Positions 13,648 to 26,329 of a stretch of 64,000 nucleotides of DNA are shown here, one piece after another. Under the pieces are notes generated by a model. The model was not told the DNA's origin. It made no database searches and was given only the letters and a program-made list of their open reading frames with translations. Source of the DNA: Eledone cirrhosa (lineage: Eukaryota); contig OZ024752.1 of NCBI GenBank assembly GCA_964016885.1, positions 4,774,001-4,838,000 of the forward strand. Direction: 5' to 3'. A program made the position numbers and the translations under genes. The stretch's first letter is position 1. Each line of letters starts with the position of its first letter.

Positions 13648-15660
13648 ATGCCACAAACAAAAGGGGGCCAAGAACAGATCCCTGTGGTACACCAGATGAC
13701 ATCTCATATGGTGAAGAATGCTGTCCCAGAACCGTGACTACCTCTCTTCGACTGAGAATGAAGGACTTCAACCAGTTAAAAAGATCATCCTTCACACCCA
13801 TTGCAGAGAGTTTTGCCATAAGCCTTTTGTGTGACACAGAATTGAAAGCTTTCGCAAAGTCAAGGTAAACAACATCCACCCATGAGCCGCCATCAGTGAT
13901 CCGGGTGATGTCTTCAAGAAACTCGATAAGTTGATCACAGCAGCTGGAGTTGGGGATAAATCCAAATTGCGAGGGCCGGATAAGACTGTGAGAGTTCTAG
14001 AAGTTCCAAATTGTTTCTCTGACACAGGATTCCATCAATTTGGCAATGCAGCTAGTAAGACTGACTGGACGATAGTTCACAGGTGATGTGGGGTCACCCT
14101 TTTTGAACAGAGGAATGACACTGGCAGTTTTCCACTGTTGTTCAGACACAATTGGAAGAAACGTGATAGCTGGTGCAGAAGCAAGTACCCACCACGTTTA
14201 AGAAGCAGGTACGTAACACCATCAAGACCAGGAGAGGCATGGTTGCGTTTATTTTTTAGGTGACGTCGCAGCATTGCAGGTGTAAATTCCATGGTTGTAA
14301 TAGCGTCCGGTGTCATAGATGGTGGAGACGGTACACTCTGGTCTTCAATAGTGAAAATGCCTGCATAGCATTCAGCAATGAGCTCTGCACATTCCTTGGG
14401 GTCGTCAGTAACCTGGCTTGTGTGGGGATTGTGAAGAGGACCAACTGGAGAGTGAGGCCTCTGCTTTGAGTGAACATACTTCCAGAACACCTTACTGTCA
14501 GAGCTGGTTGCTATGCGCTGCTCAAATTGAAGCACTGCCTTTTTTGTCACCTTTTTGAGGTGGTTGGACGATTTATTTCGCCTCTTCCTATTGATGTCTG
14601 ATTTGTGCAGTTTGTACTCACGTTCAGCATTGCGATATTCTTTTCTGGCACCGATGCTGCACATGCTGTCCATATTGAGCTCAGGATGTTCTGGAGTACA
14701 GTGTTGACATCTCCAGAGTTGTAGAACTCAAGCCAGTTTGGACGTTGCAGTTCGGTGCAGTAACAGTTTCAGTCTGCTTTATTCCAGTCAAAGTGAGCAG
14801 TTTGGAGATGGTTGTGGTTCTTGTTACTGCCCATGAGGGATAGATTGGCAATGATCATAGCATGATCAGAGTCACCTAAAGGTTCCTCAGCAGTAACACT
14901 AATGACCGTTTCAGGAGTAGTGGTGAAGAGTAGGTCCAATGTGTTGTCACCTCTTGTTGGAGAGGTGACTACTTGGGACCAATTTGAGTCCAGCACTAGC
15001 TCAAGAAAGTCATTTGCACTTGGCAGCCAACAAAAGGTTTCCCAGTCAATCTCAGGGTGATTGAAGTCTCCTTCAATAAAAACATAAGTGGCTGTCTTCC
15101 TGGCAGCAGCTCTGAGGATATCACAAAGTTGAGTGTCCTGATGGTAATTTGGGGGACGGTTCTGCCGAGCTGCGGTTTAAGGAAGCTGCTGCACGCAACT
15201 TTAGGCGGACATCAGGTGGAAGACCAGGGCGTGTTCGGAAAGCAATCTGATTTTCACGCCTAGCTTTATCAGAGGCTACAAGGTATGAATGTGCCTCGGT
15301 TGAGTTCGAAAAAGACAGTCTAATAAGCCAGGGTTTCGGGCCTAGTCGGCCAAGGCGTAGAGCGCCCTTCGCGCGAGCACAGTCCAAGTCTTTGGATGAA
15401 CTGGCAGCAAATGCCTGAAGATCAACTATGTCTTGTGGTACACCAATGGCAATCACTTCATGGTTTGCAGATTCAGTGGCATTCTCAATGCGTCTAGGTT
15501 CAACATGAGGTGCTCGGAGATTTTTTAACAAGGCACTCCGGTAAGATCCCTCATTGTGAGGTTCTACACGAACACTTGATTTTATTCCCGCTATTTCTCG
15601 GCGGAAATTATTTGCCGTATTTCCTCAAACTCCGTATTGACGGTAAATTTTAGTTGTTAT
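13648..15660 (-). mobile_element. CR1-clade LINE remnant (ORF1, endonuclease, RT N-half), 3'-truncated
   Basis: PTRGDNTLDLLFT..PLGDSDH (APE); SPGLDG; DVVYLDFAKAFNSVSH and SGVPQGSVLGPLLF (RT); LRLGR..PWLIRLSF (ORF1). Confidence 0.92.
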
Positions 15661-16079
15661 TCTTCTTCTTCAGCCGGCATGGTAGGAGAAGACACAGTCG
15701 TCGGTTGATGTTGTTGAAAAGTAATGGGGGGAGGAAGACATGGGTTGCTGTTGTTGATGAAATCCTTCAATGGGGGTAGTAGCAGAAGCTACGGTTGTTG
15801 GTTTTTGCTGTTGTTCAGGAACAATGGTAGAGGAAGACACGATCTTCGGTTTATATATTTGGTATATATATATATATATTATATATATATATATCATATA
15901 TATATATAAAGTGATATATTTGATATATCTCATAGGAACTGATACAGCCAATTCTCCACACAATACAATATAGTTAGCACCCCGAACGTTTAATTAGGAA
16001 TATACTCAGATATTTCCTAATGTTTGTTGAGTGAGTTGGAATTTGGCCGGAGTATCGCTATTAGATTTCTCTGTTTATG

Positions 16080-16125
<46 letters not shown>

Positions 16126-16177
16126 TTACATATATACAACATAGAAAACAATCCAATTTTTGTTTAATGCATTTAAT

Positions 16178-16224
16178 TGCTGGCGAGTGTTTCTCCCAGA
16201 CAAATGTCTGGAATCATCAGAGCA
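16178..16224 (-). ncRNA. Hammerhead motif with mutated cleavage triplet (GCC)
   Basis: TGCT-CTGATGA-TTCCAGAC attt GTCTGGGA-GAAA-CACTCG-CC|AGCA. Confidence 0.65.
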
Positions 16225-16486
16225 GACACAATGTTAAAACATGTAATTACATTCCTAATCTTTAGAACATTCATTAAAATACATTATAATTAATAGTGTC
16301 AGAGACATCATATTGAAGAGCAAGAACACAATAATATTACAATGAATGTATAGTAAGATATTGAAAAGAATTATAAAGAGAGTATAACTTAAAGTAAATA
16401 TATCAAGTATATCAAACAGAGGATGTAAATAAAAGCATGCATTAAGGTAAGACAGATGTGTAGTGGTAGCATGCATATATGTGTTA

Positions 16487-17363
16487 TCTATATATATAAA
16501 ACTGTGGTTGTCTGTCTGTCTATCGATTTTTGGCACACATCTCCTCTTAGAATCTCTCACGGAATTGCACCGAAATTGCTAAACTTGTACATTGAGCCCT
16601 ATTGAAGACATCGGAAAAAAAAAATTTCAAATTGACCCACCCTATGTGACGAAATCGAATATAATGTATCGATTTTTGAGCGTAAGTTATCAGTTATTTC
16701 CCTTTGTTCTGTTTACATTGAGCGTCTTACGTAAAAAATTACGCTGGCTTTCTCAGCGTTTAAAATGACATTAACACAATACACGAAGCTTCCGTTTTGC
16801 TTCATTTCCATTTAAAAGCATTTTAAAACAATATTTTTACTTGAAAACAAGTCTATTTAAAGACTACGTAAAACAAGCAAATATTTCGTCGTTAGGCGTG
16901 CAGACAGACAGTCGTGCAGAGAGGTGATATACGCGTGCAGACAGACAGTCGTGCAGAGAGGTGATATAGGCGTGCAGACAGACAGTCGTGCAGAGAGGTG
17001 ATATAGGCGTGCAGACAGACAGTCGTGCAGAGAGGTGATATAGGCGTGCAGACAGACATAACTGATAATTTGGTTACGCTAATGTTTTTCTCTGCGTTGC
17101 AGTGTTTACATTTTCGATCTTTGTTAATAAATAACCAGTGCAGTTTCTATCCCCAGCATCCTCTTTTGTTATAACATTCGGATTATCGTTATGTTTTCTT
17201 AACTTCATAAGGCATATTGTTGGTTGAGGGAATATTAATCAAAAACACCACATGCAAGTCTGCACAGTAGACACTACAGTTTTTAAGCCAAGAAAGAAAC
17301 TTAACATTGTAACTTTAACACAGCTACTGAGCGACCCCGAGCAACGCCGGGCTTTACTGCTAG
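16487..17363 (+). mobile_element. Non-autonomous Helitron with internal 37-bp minisatellite (16895-17058)
   Basis: A|TCTATATATATAAAA 5' end; 3' hairpin CCCGAGCAACGCCGGG followed by CTAG|T. Confidence 0.88.
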
Positions 17364-17589
17364 TATATTATATGATGAATTAGTTACAGGCAAAGATCTT
17401 TATGCAAAAAGTATTATAAAAAGTTTATGTAGAAAATGTTAATATTTATAGTTTTGACGTGTGTAAGCAATAAGTATGGAGTTGTAAAATTCAAATAAAT
17501 ATATAAAACAAACATTCTTTAATGTTCTTCTATAAGGTATTTCTTCTTTAACTGGGTAATTGCTGGCCAGTAATGCACTGGGTAATTGC

Positions 17590-17737
17590 TGGCACAAGGC
17601 CAGCAATTACTCAGTGCATTACTGGTACTTTGTTTTATCGCCCCCGTAAGGATGAAAGGCAAAGTTAACCTCGGCGGGATTTGAACTGAGAATGGCAAGG
17701 GCCGTAACTCTATGCGTCAAAGCATGGCGTCCGACCC
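17590..17737 (-). mobile_element. SINE family A, 5'-truncated, with fold-back tail
   Basis: Reverse complement of family A body. Confidence 0.85.
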
Positions 17738-17793
17738 AATAATATATATAATGTTTGGATTCTGTCTATCGATTGGTTATTGATTAGGCGATA

Positions 17794-17903
17794 CTCGCTG
17801 ATGAAGCCGCATAAGCCGATTGTGCATTGTTGCATAATATATGCAGACAGATGGTACAGTGCACCTTACTGCTGCATTAGTGCAGCAGAAACTCGAGTCC
17901 GGG
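17794..17903 (+). ncRNA. Hammerhead-like motif with large branched domain II
   Basis: CTCG-CTGATGA-(83 nt, three helices)-GAAA-CTCGAG-TC|CGGG; palindromic stem III ACTCGAGT. Confidence 0.6.
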
Positions 17904-18063
17904 AACCTCATAGGCACCCGTTTTACGTGTGTTGTGTTGAGGCAAATAACTATGTGTATACTCTGGGAACGTATGTTACATTGCCCATTGAGTGCGCTGA
18001 GACACAACCAGTACTGGCATTGATAAATATGCTGGGTCCGTCAACTCCTTATTATATATATAT

Positions 18064-18408
18064 GGAGTCACATGGCTTAGTGGTTAGAGCGTTGGCCTTG
18101 CAATCGAAAGGTTGTGAGTTCAATTCTCAGACCGGGTGATGTGTTGTTTCCTTGAGCAAGACACTTTATTTCACATCGCTCCAGTTTACTCAGCTGTAGA
18201 AATGAGATGATAGGGACTGGGGTTCCTATCATTCCACTGCAAAGTGGACGTGGAGGTGCCACGGCAAAAAAAGCACCCAGCACTCACTGTAAATAAGGTT
18301 GGTGTTAGGAAGGGCATCCAGCTGTAGAAATCAAGCCAGAATCAGTTCCCGTCCCACCCTTGCAAGCAGCGAAAAAGCGGAAGTAAAATGAAATGATGAT
18401 GATGATGA
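18064..18408 (+). mobile_element. SINE family B full-length
   Basis: Closely similar to 13185-13553; (GAT)n tail. Confidence 0.9.
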
Positions 18409-18889
18409 TATCGTTGAAAAATATGCTATGAATGACAAGAGGGATAGCATATCCCCTTTCAGTTAACAAAACCAACAACATGAGAATGTTTAACTCCTGC
18501 TGGTGTGTGTTTGTGAATGTAAATACATATGTACTTATATGTGTGTGTGTATGTATCTGTCTATGTATGTATGCGTGCGTATGTATACATGTGTGTGTTT
18601 GTGAGTGTAGATATATATGTATTCATATATATATATGATGATGATGATGATGATGATATATGTGTGTGTGTGTTTGCTTGTGAGTGTAAATGTAAATATA
18701 TACATGTGTGTGTATGTGTGTGTATATATATATATATATATTTGTGTGTGTGTGATTGTATGTTTGTATTTTGACTTCCAATTTACTTGTGTAACTGTAT
18801 AGTCCTGCCTAGCAATCTCCCAGGGTAATCTAGCTGGAAAATAAACTACAGATATTTGTCATTGGACATGAGAGATAGTGTTTATGATT

Positions 18890-18890
18890 G

Positions 18891-18956
<66 letters not shown>

Positions 18957-19122
18957 TTACTACTACTACCACTACCATCACTCCCATCAGCACTGCCACC
19001 AACTCTACAACTACAATGATGACCACCACTGCTACTACTATTACTACCACCATCACTATTACTACTATTACTACCACCACCACTGCTACTACTATTACTA
19101 CCACCATCACTATTACTACTAC
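18890..19122. repeat. (CTA)/(CTG)/(CCA) trinucleotide tract
   Basis: Directly visible. Confidence 0.9.
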
Positions 19123-19172
19123 AAGTAGTGGTGGCAAGGAAGTTTTCTCTTTTCATTATCTCACTTCATGGT

Positions 19173-19356
19173 GGGTGGATTGGCAGTATCAGTAGAGGGT
19201 CGGAAGCCATGCTTTGACGCATAGAGTTACGGCCCTTGCCATTCTGAGTTCAAATCCCGCCAAGGTTAACTTTGCCTTTCATTCTTACGGGGTCGATAAA
19301 ATAAAGTACCAGTAATACACTGGGTAATTGCTGGCCTTGTGCCAAAAGTAGAAACA
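19173..19356 (+). mobile_element. SINE family A with 18-bp TSD
   Basis: TSD ATTATCTCACTTCATGGT at 19155-19172 and 19357-19374. Confidence 0.92.
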
Positions 19357-19513
19357 ATTATCTCACTTCATGGTCTCTCTCTCCTACTCTCCCCCCCTCT
19401 CTGTCTCTATTACCAACACGCTCTCACTCTTTCCCCACCGTCTCCCCATCTCCCTTTATAGAGAATTCAACCAGTTAGAAAAATTTGGGAAGAAGTTTTC
19501 AGAAACAAAGTAC

Positions 19514-20543
19514 GAGACTGACCATAGTATTAGACTGGCCAAGGTATGAGACTGGCCATAGTATTAGACTGGCCATAGTATTAGACTGGCCAAGGTATGA
19601 GACTGGCCATAGTATTAGACTGGCCAAGGTATGAGACTGGCCATAGTATTAGACTGACCATAGTATTAGACTGGCCATAGTATTAGACTGGCCAAGGTAT
19701 GAGACTGGCCATAGTATTAGACTGACCATAGTATTAGACTGGCCAAGGTATGAGACTGGCCATAGTATTAGACTGACCATAGTATTAGACTGGCCAAGGT
19801 ATGAGACTGGCCATAGTATTAGACTGACCATAGTATTAGACTGGCCAAGGTATGAGACTGGCCATAGTATTAGACTGACCATAGTATTAGACTGGCCAAG
19901 GTATGAGACTGGCCATAGTATTAGACTGACCATAGTATTAGACTGGCCAAGGTATGAGACTGGCCATAGTATTAGACTGGCCATAGTATTAGACTGACCA
20001 AGGTATGAGACTGACCACAGTATGAGACTGGCCATAGTATTAGACTGCCTACAGTATGAGATTGACCATAGTATTAGACTGGCCATAGTATGAGACTGAC
20101 CATAGTATTAGACTGACTACAGTATGAGATTGACCATAGTATTAGACTGGCCATAGTATGAGACTGACCATAGTATTAGACTGACTACAGTATGAGATTG
20201 ACCATAGTATTAGACTGGCCATAGTATGAGACTGACCATAGTATTAGACTGACTACAGTATGAGATTGACCATAGTATTAGACTGGCCATAGTATGAGAC
20301 TGACCATAGTATTAGACTGACTACAGTATGAGATTGACCATAGTATTAGACTGGCCATAGTATGAGACTGACCATAGTATTAGACTGACTACAGTATGAG
20401 ATTGACCATAGTATTAGACTGGCCATAGTATGGGACTGACCATAGTATTAGACTGACTACAGTATGAGATTGACCATAGTATTAGACTGGCCATAGTATG
20501 AGACTGACCATAGTATTAGACTGACTACAGTATGAGATTGGCC
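19514..20543. repeat. 17-bp satellite with 34/51/68-bp higher-order periods
   Basis: Monomer AGACTGRCCATAGTATK and variants. Confidence 0.95.
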
Positions 20544-20589
20544 AAAAATGTAGGCAAAGTAAAAATCCTCGCCAACTTTAATGCTGTAT

Positions 20590-20782
20590 ATCATCTTCCT
20601 GTTTTCCTTCGGTCGCAACGTTTTTCAAAATATTTACTTCTGCGTTCACAGATTGATTCTTTGCTTAAACTTTAATCTGTTATTTTAATAAATATTTGCT
20701 CTGCGGTTCGTATATATTTGATATATATTTATCCTTATCGAGCCCTCTTTGGATTTTAGGCTTCAAATTTATTATTATTACT
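20590..20782 (+). mobile_element. Copy of the repeat forming the 57766-58333 inverted repeat (probably Penelope-like)
   Basis: Matches 58186-58420 with an internal deletion; ends in (TA)n. Confidence 0.7.
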
Positions 20783-22279
20783 ATATATATATATGTGCTA
20801 TGTGTGAATTGTCCAACCTTTGCTAGCAGGAAAAATGGATAGTAATGATAATCATCATCATCATCATTTAACTTCTATCTTCCACTTTAGCATGGGTTTG
20901 TCCCATTTGAGGCAAGTTGGGTTGGGTGACCGTATCTCACTTGTATAGGACTGTTTCTGGCTGGTTTTCTATGGCTGGATGCCCTTCCTAATGCCAAACC
21001 ACATTGACAGTGAGTACTGGGTGTTTTTTGCCGTGACACTACACAACTACTTTACAGTGTGGGCTGGATGTTTTGTGGTATTAACATAACTTGTGTAGGC
21101 TGTATATTGGATTAAGAGGTGCCTAAAATGATGTATATATTTATATGAGTATATATATATGTGTGTGCATTTATATATAATACAATATACATATGTGTGT
21201 GTGATATATATACATATACATATATATACAGACACACACACATATATTATAATATATATATATACATTATACACACACATATATGTGTTTACTGAAGTCT
21301 TAGAATTGAGATGAGAATAATTGATGTTCTATTCTTGTGACATGTTTCTTTCATAGTTGAAATGCTGGAATTGCTAGACATCACACTAATTGTTTAGTAA
21401 GAGAAAGTAATGTAGTAATGTAGACTTTATATAGCAGCAATATTATATTGAAATAGTAACCACCAAAACGAAATATAATGTAATATGTTTCTCCCTCTTA
21501 TAATTCATTGCCATTACAAGCCAGAACGAACAATTCTACATAACCTTGCAAAAGTAGAATGCTTTGGTTTATTTAGAATACTAGCTGAGCTACCCGGTGA
21601 TACCCGGGTATTTTATGAAAGTTACAATATATTTGGCGCACATTACAAAATATTTGACCATTCAAATATGATTGCTGAATTTTAACCAAAGTAGGAATTA
21701 TAGCAGAATATTTATTGCCGTTTGGTCAAAGTAAATCATCTAGAGAAAAATATTAGTTTTTTCCAGTGGTGATTTTTTGAATACTGCTCCCTATTACAGT
21801 CAGCATATATAATACTTTACTCATAGATGAATCATTAGGTATGTTGTCAGTGAAAAGGGCATGACCCAAAAAATACATTTAGATTTTTTTTATTTATCCT
21901 TTTCTTTCTTTTTTTTTATTTATTTTTTTTTTTTTTGCTCACTCTGAACCTCTGAAATTCAAACAACATGTAAAGACTATTTTAAAAACCATAAATAAAA
22001 TAAGAAAATATATTTACCATTGGTTTATGATTGAATGAAGCATTTACTTACTCATTTCTGTAATTCGGGGAAAGTATATTTAAATTTGTACCCTGTATTT
22101 CTACCTAACAAAGTCCTCACTTATATTACTTTGTATAGCAGAGGTACCTGGGAATGCCTGCATATTCTTCCAAAGTAACACCATGAAGTAAATTTGCGGT
22201 TTCAGAATTCCTTGCAAACTACATGACTAAGGAATTAGGATCTGTGTGTATTGTCATTGAATGAGGAATTACGACATTG

Positions 22280-23503
22280 CTCATTCCAAAGCCTCTTCTT
22301 TGAATCGCAGAACTTGGTTGAAGTGATCACGTACCATGAAATGATAAACATAGAATTCTTTGCAGCTGATTGATCAGCCAGTCTCTTGTTCTGTTCCTGG
22401 GCTGATCTGCCGTAGCTGAAAATGATATCCATCTTGACAATTCCAAAAGAAGAGCGGATATTGGAGTGAATCATAGGCTCTATGAGTTTCACAAATTCGC
22501 TGCAAATGTCAACTTCGTTTTTGCAAAACAATGTCACGTCGTTCATGCTGTTCGTCAACCATTATGATTGCAACTTCATCAGTGACAGGTGCATTGAATC
22601 TGCGTTCATGTTCTGAAGCTGGGCGTTTGTCTGCCCTAATGATGATTTTACGATCTCTGGTGTTCATATTCTCCAGTGCATATTTAAATACACTGATGTA
22701 CATGTGATGTTGGTGAAGCATTTATTGTAACTTTATGACTATGTAGAACTGCAATCCACCATGTACATTGGTACATCTTTGTTGTGCCTGTGTTTCATTT
22801 CCACCCATGAAGTAAACTTGCACAAATGTGTGAGGTTCCCATGAAAGTGGCAGAAGGCCACCCATTAAGTGGTAACTCTATCCCTGAATTTTATAAGTTG
22901 TACAGAATCTAAAGTCAGTCACATTCCTGTCAGCCCCAAAAGATGTCATTTGAAAGGCAGAATTATATTTTATGTTGTATTTATTGAAGTGTCGTGCTTG
23001 TGGTGTATGTTGAAGGAGCAGATTCTTCAGAAATTCAGGAGGTTCTTTTATTGTTTTAAGGCTCGCTTTGCCTTTTGAGCAGCATAGACTTGGTGTTTCT
23101 GCTGCCCACTTCTTGGCACCACAATACTGGCAGCATTTGTTCATTTTCCCAATGTTGATTTGTGGATTACTGCTGTAGTCCTTTTGGGGGGTCATAAGAA
23201 AAAGCACCCATCAGCCAGTTCATTTTACTTGTGGCTTGTTCTCCTGCTCGGGCAGTAGAATGATGTGTTTGATTAGCATTTCGTCTGATTTGCTGCTGTT
23301 CCTTAATTTGTTGTTCTCGTGTAGCAGCAGTCCTTTGTTCCCTTTCATCCAAACGGTGTGCTCATGCTAAAGCTGTTTGGACTCTGTTAGCAGCTAGACG
23401 AGCATGCTGAACTTCTTCACTTTATTCAGATCGCTGTTTTTTTTTTTCTCTTAGCCTCTGAAGATGACCTTCCATATAATGATCTTGAACGTTTTCTAGG
23501 CAT
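22280..23503 (-). pseudogene. Decayed Helitron Rep/Helicase N-terminal region
   Basis: MPRKRS start; IGKMNKCCQYCGAKKW..CCSKGK; YNSAFQMTSFGA; YKIQG; HERRFNAP..EVA; RDIVL; HRAYDSLQYPLLF; stops and frameshifts; Rep and helicase cores not seen. Confidence 0.9.
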
Positions 23504-23530
23504 TTGAAGTGATATTATTACACACCACAC

Positions 23531-23791
23531 GGTGGATTGGCAGTATCGGTAGAGGGTCGGGCGCCATGCTTTGCAGCACAGTTATGTCCCTTTACGGACT
23601 GAGTTCAAATCCCGCCGAGGTTAACTTTGCCTTTCATCCTTACAGGGTCGATAAAATAAAGTACCAGTAATACACTGGGTAATTGCTGGCCTTGTGCCAA
23701 AAGTAAAAATAATTATTACACACCACACGATAAAATAAAGTACCAGTAATACCCTGGAATAATTACTGGCCTTATGCCAAAAGTAGAAACA
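23531..23791 (+). mobile_element. Two stacked SINE family A insertions inside the Helitron
   Basis: 17-bp target ATTATTACACACCACAC present three times (23514, 23712, 23792). Confidence 0.88.
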
Positions 23792-25039
23792 ATTATTACA
23801 CACCACACTCTTTCCGAAATAGAAACAACTCAGTAAAGTAGTTTTAAATGATCTCTTTATATGAATGTATATTAGGTGTAATTAATTTTAGACATATGTA
23901 GAAATATTGGGATTTCAGATTGTATCCAAAAAAAACACAAACACTACAAAAAAAAATATTTTCTGTGTTAATTCAAATAACAGCGGAAAATAATATATTC
24001 AAATAATATCTTTTAAAAATACCGTTTTTTTTTTTTGTCTGATAAATACACACATATATACAACTTCTATAATAGCATCTGTGATTTCTTTAGACATATG
24101 TAGAAAATAAGTTTTTGTAACATATATCAGCTGCTAAAGAACCCCTCCCCCATAACACACGTGTGTGTAAACGCAGACACAAGTTAGTTAAAGAATCCCT
24201 CCAATCACCCTCCCTCTCTGCTGCCTCTTTTCTCTTTTCTTATTGTCTTTTTCTCCCCATCCGCCTCACTCCCTTTCTCTTTCTCATCTCCTCTCTTTCT
24301 TTCTCTCTCTCTCATCCTTACACAATAGCAAACAAAAAATAAATGAAAGATAAATAACATTGGGAGAGTTAAGAAGTGTGTAAAAATATTAAATAAATAA
24401 AAGTTAATGAACGCTGGCTACTTTTCCTCTCTCTCTCTCTCTCTCCCATCCCATTACTCTCTCTCTTTTTATTTCTCTCTCACCCCCCCCTTCTCTCTAC
24501 GGAATAGAGAACAAAAAATAAATAAAAGATAAATAACATTGGGAGGGTTAAAAAGTGTGTAAAAATAATAAATAAATAAAAGTTAAGAATGCTGGTTACT
24601 TTCCCTCTCTCTCTCTTTCATCGTCTTTCTCTCCCATCCCCTTACTCTCTTTCTCTCTCACATCCCCTTATTCTCTCTCCCACTCACTCTCTCTCATCAC
24701 CTTACTCTCTCTCCCATCTCCTACTCTCTCTCTTTCTCTCTCCCATCCCTCCTGCTTATCTACAGACTGGAGAACATAAAAAAATAAAATGGATGATCTT
24801 TTTTGATATTCATTAGAAAATAAAATAAATTGAGTTTAAATGAATTCCTTGCTTTGCAAAGTAAAACTTTTTCGACCGTTACCTGTCCGAGTGTATAGTG
24901 AATATGTACAGGTAATTTTGAGGAGTTTGGTCCGGTAGTTTGCTAGTTTTAGGTGGACACACAGAATCGTAAACTAGCATTTATATATATATATAGATAG
25001 ATATACACCATTTCCCTGTGTGTTGTAAGGGACCACTGA

Positions 25040-26060
25040 AAGGTGTAAAGTGGTTATGTAGGTGTCACAAAAAGCACCCAGCCCACACTAAAGGGGTTAT
25101 GTTGCTATCACAACAAAAAGCACCCAACTCACACTGAAAAGTGGTTGTGTAGGAGTCACAACAAAAAGCATCCAGCCCACACTGTAAATGTGGTTGGCAT
25201 TAGGAAGGGCATCCAGCTGTTGAAACCAAGCAAGAAACGGTTCTGTATGAGCAAGGCATGGTCGCCTGACCCAACTTGCTTCAAATGGGACAACCTATCT
25301 AACTAACCCATGCTAGCATGGAAAAATGGATGTTAAATGATGATGATGATGATGGAAACATTGTCCCAAACTATCTCTGTCCTCCAACCCATGCAAACAT
25401 GGAAAAGTTGACTTAAAAACCAGAACAATGATGATGATCATCTGTAAGTTCTAGTACTAGGATTTTTTTACCATTTCTTCACCCAACAATCATCATCCAT
25501 ACACATACCATTGAATCTCTTGCACGTTACATCTGATTCCTTTTATTCCTAGTTTTACCCGCAGTTTTTTCCTCCATGCTTCATTGTTCACACAGATTCA
25601 TTAAAGCATGCTTCCTATATTTCCTTGCAGCCTTTGCACATCTTCTGTGTTTGCTGCTCATGCCACATGTATCATCATCATTATCATTTAACATCCATTT
25701 TCCTCGCCAACATGGGTTAGACAAGTTGTCTTATTTGAAGCAAGTCAGGTCAGGTGACCATGTCTTGCTCATACAGAACTGTTTCTGGCTTGGAGCCCTT
25801 CCTAACAGCAAACACATCACAGTGTGTGGTGGGTGCTTTCTGTTGATTCCAACATGACCACTTTACAGTGTGGACTGGACACTTTTTGTTATAACACCAA
25901 CACAACCACTTTATAGCGTGTGCTGGGTGCTTTTTGTCGTGGCACCTACAAAACCACTTTACAGTGAAAACTGAGTGCTTTTTGTTGTGATACCGATACA
26001 AGCACTTTAGGGTGTGGGCTGGATGCTTTTTGTCGTGACACCAAAACAACCACTTTAAAT
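25040..26060. mobile_element. Old RTE 3'UTR copies in opposite orientations around a decayed RT C-terminal fragment
   Basis: UTR motifs + at 25040-25355 and - at 25670-26055; LRVKLGIKGIRCNVQE on minus near 25520-25570. Confidence 0.7.
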
Positions 26061-26329
26061 GTAATATATAAATGGTTAGGATTACTTTTCACGATTTATG
26101 TATGATAAAGTTTAATACATTTACAAACGTGAAGTAAGATGGTGAAAAAAATGGAGAGGACTGCCTATGGGAAACGGAGCAGACATATATGTATTGCTGT
26201 GATATGTACATACATTTACACATATATACATACATACATAATACACATTCATGTATACATGCATATATATATATATAAACACATATACATACATGCATAC
26301 ATGCATACATTATACATATTCATATATTC

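Larger units (their letters stand above)
21581..24997 (-). mobile_element. Helitron, internally deleted, both termini intact
   Basis: Minus 5' A|TCTATATATATATATAAATG at 24997; 3' hairpin TACCCGGGTATCACCGGGTA then CTAG|T at 21581; ~180-bp internal duplication 24325-24620. Confidence 0.88.

Noticed and set aside
16895-17058. 37-bp repeat resembling CRISPR repeat length
   Set aside because: Direct tandem copies with no unique spacers, inside a Helitron, in eukaryotic context
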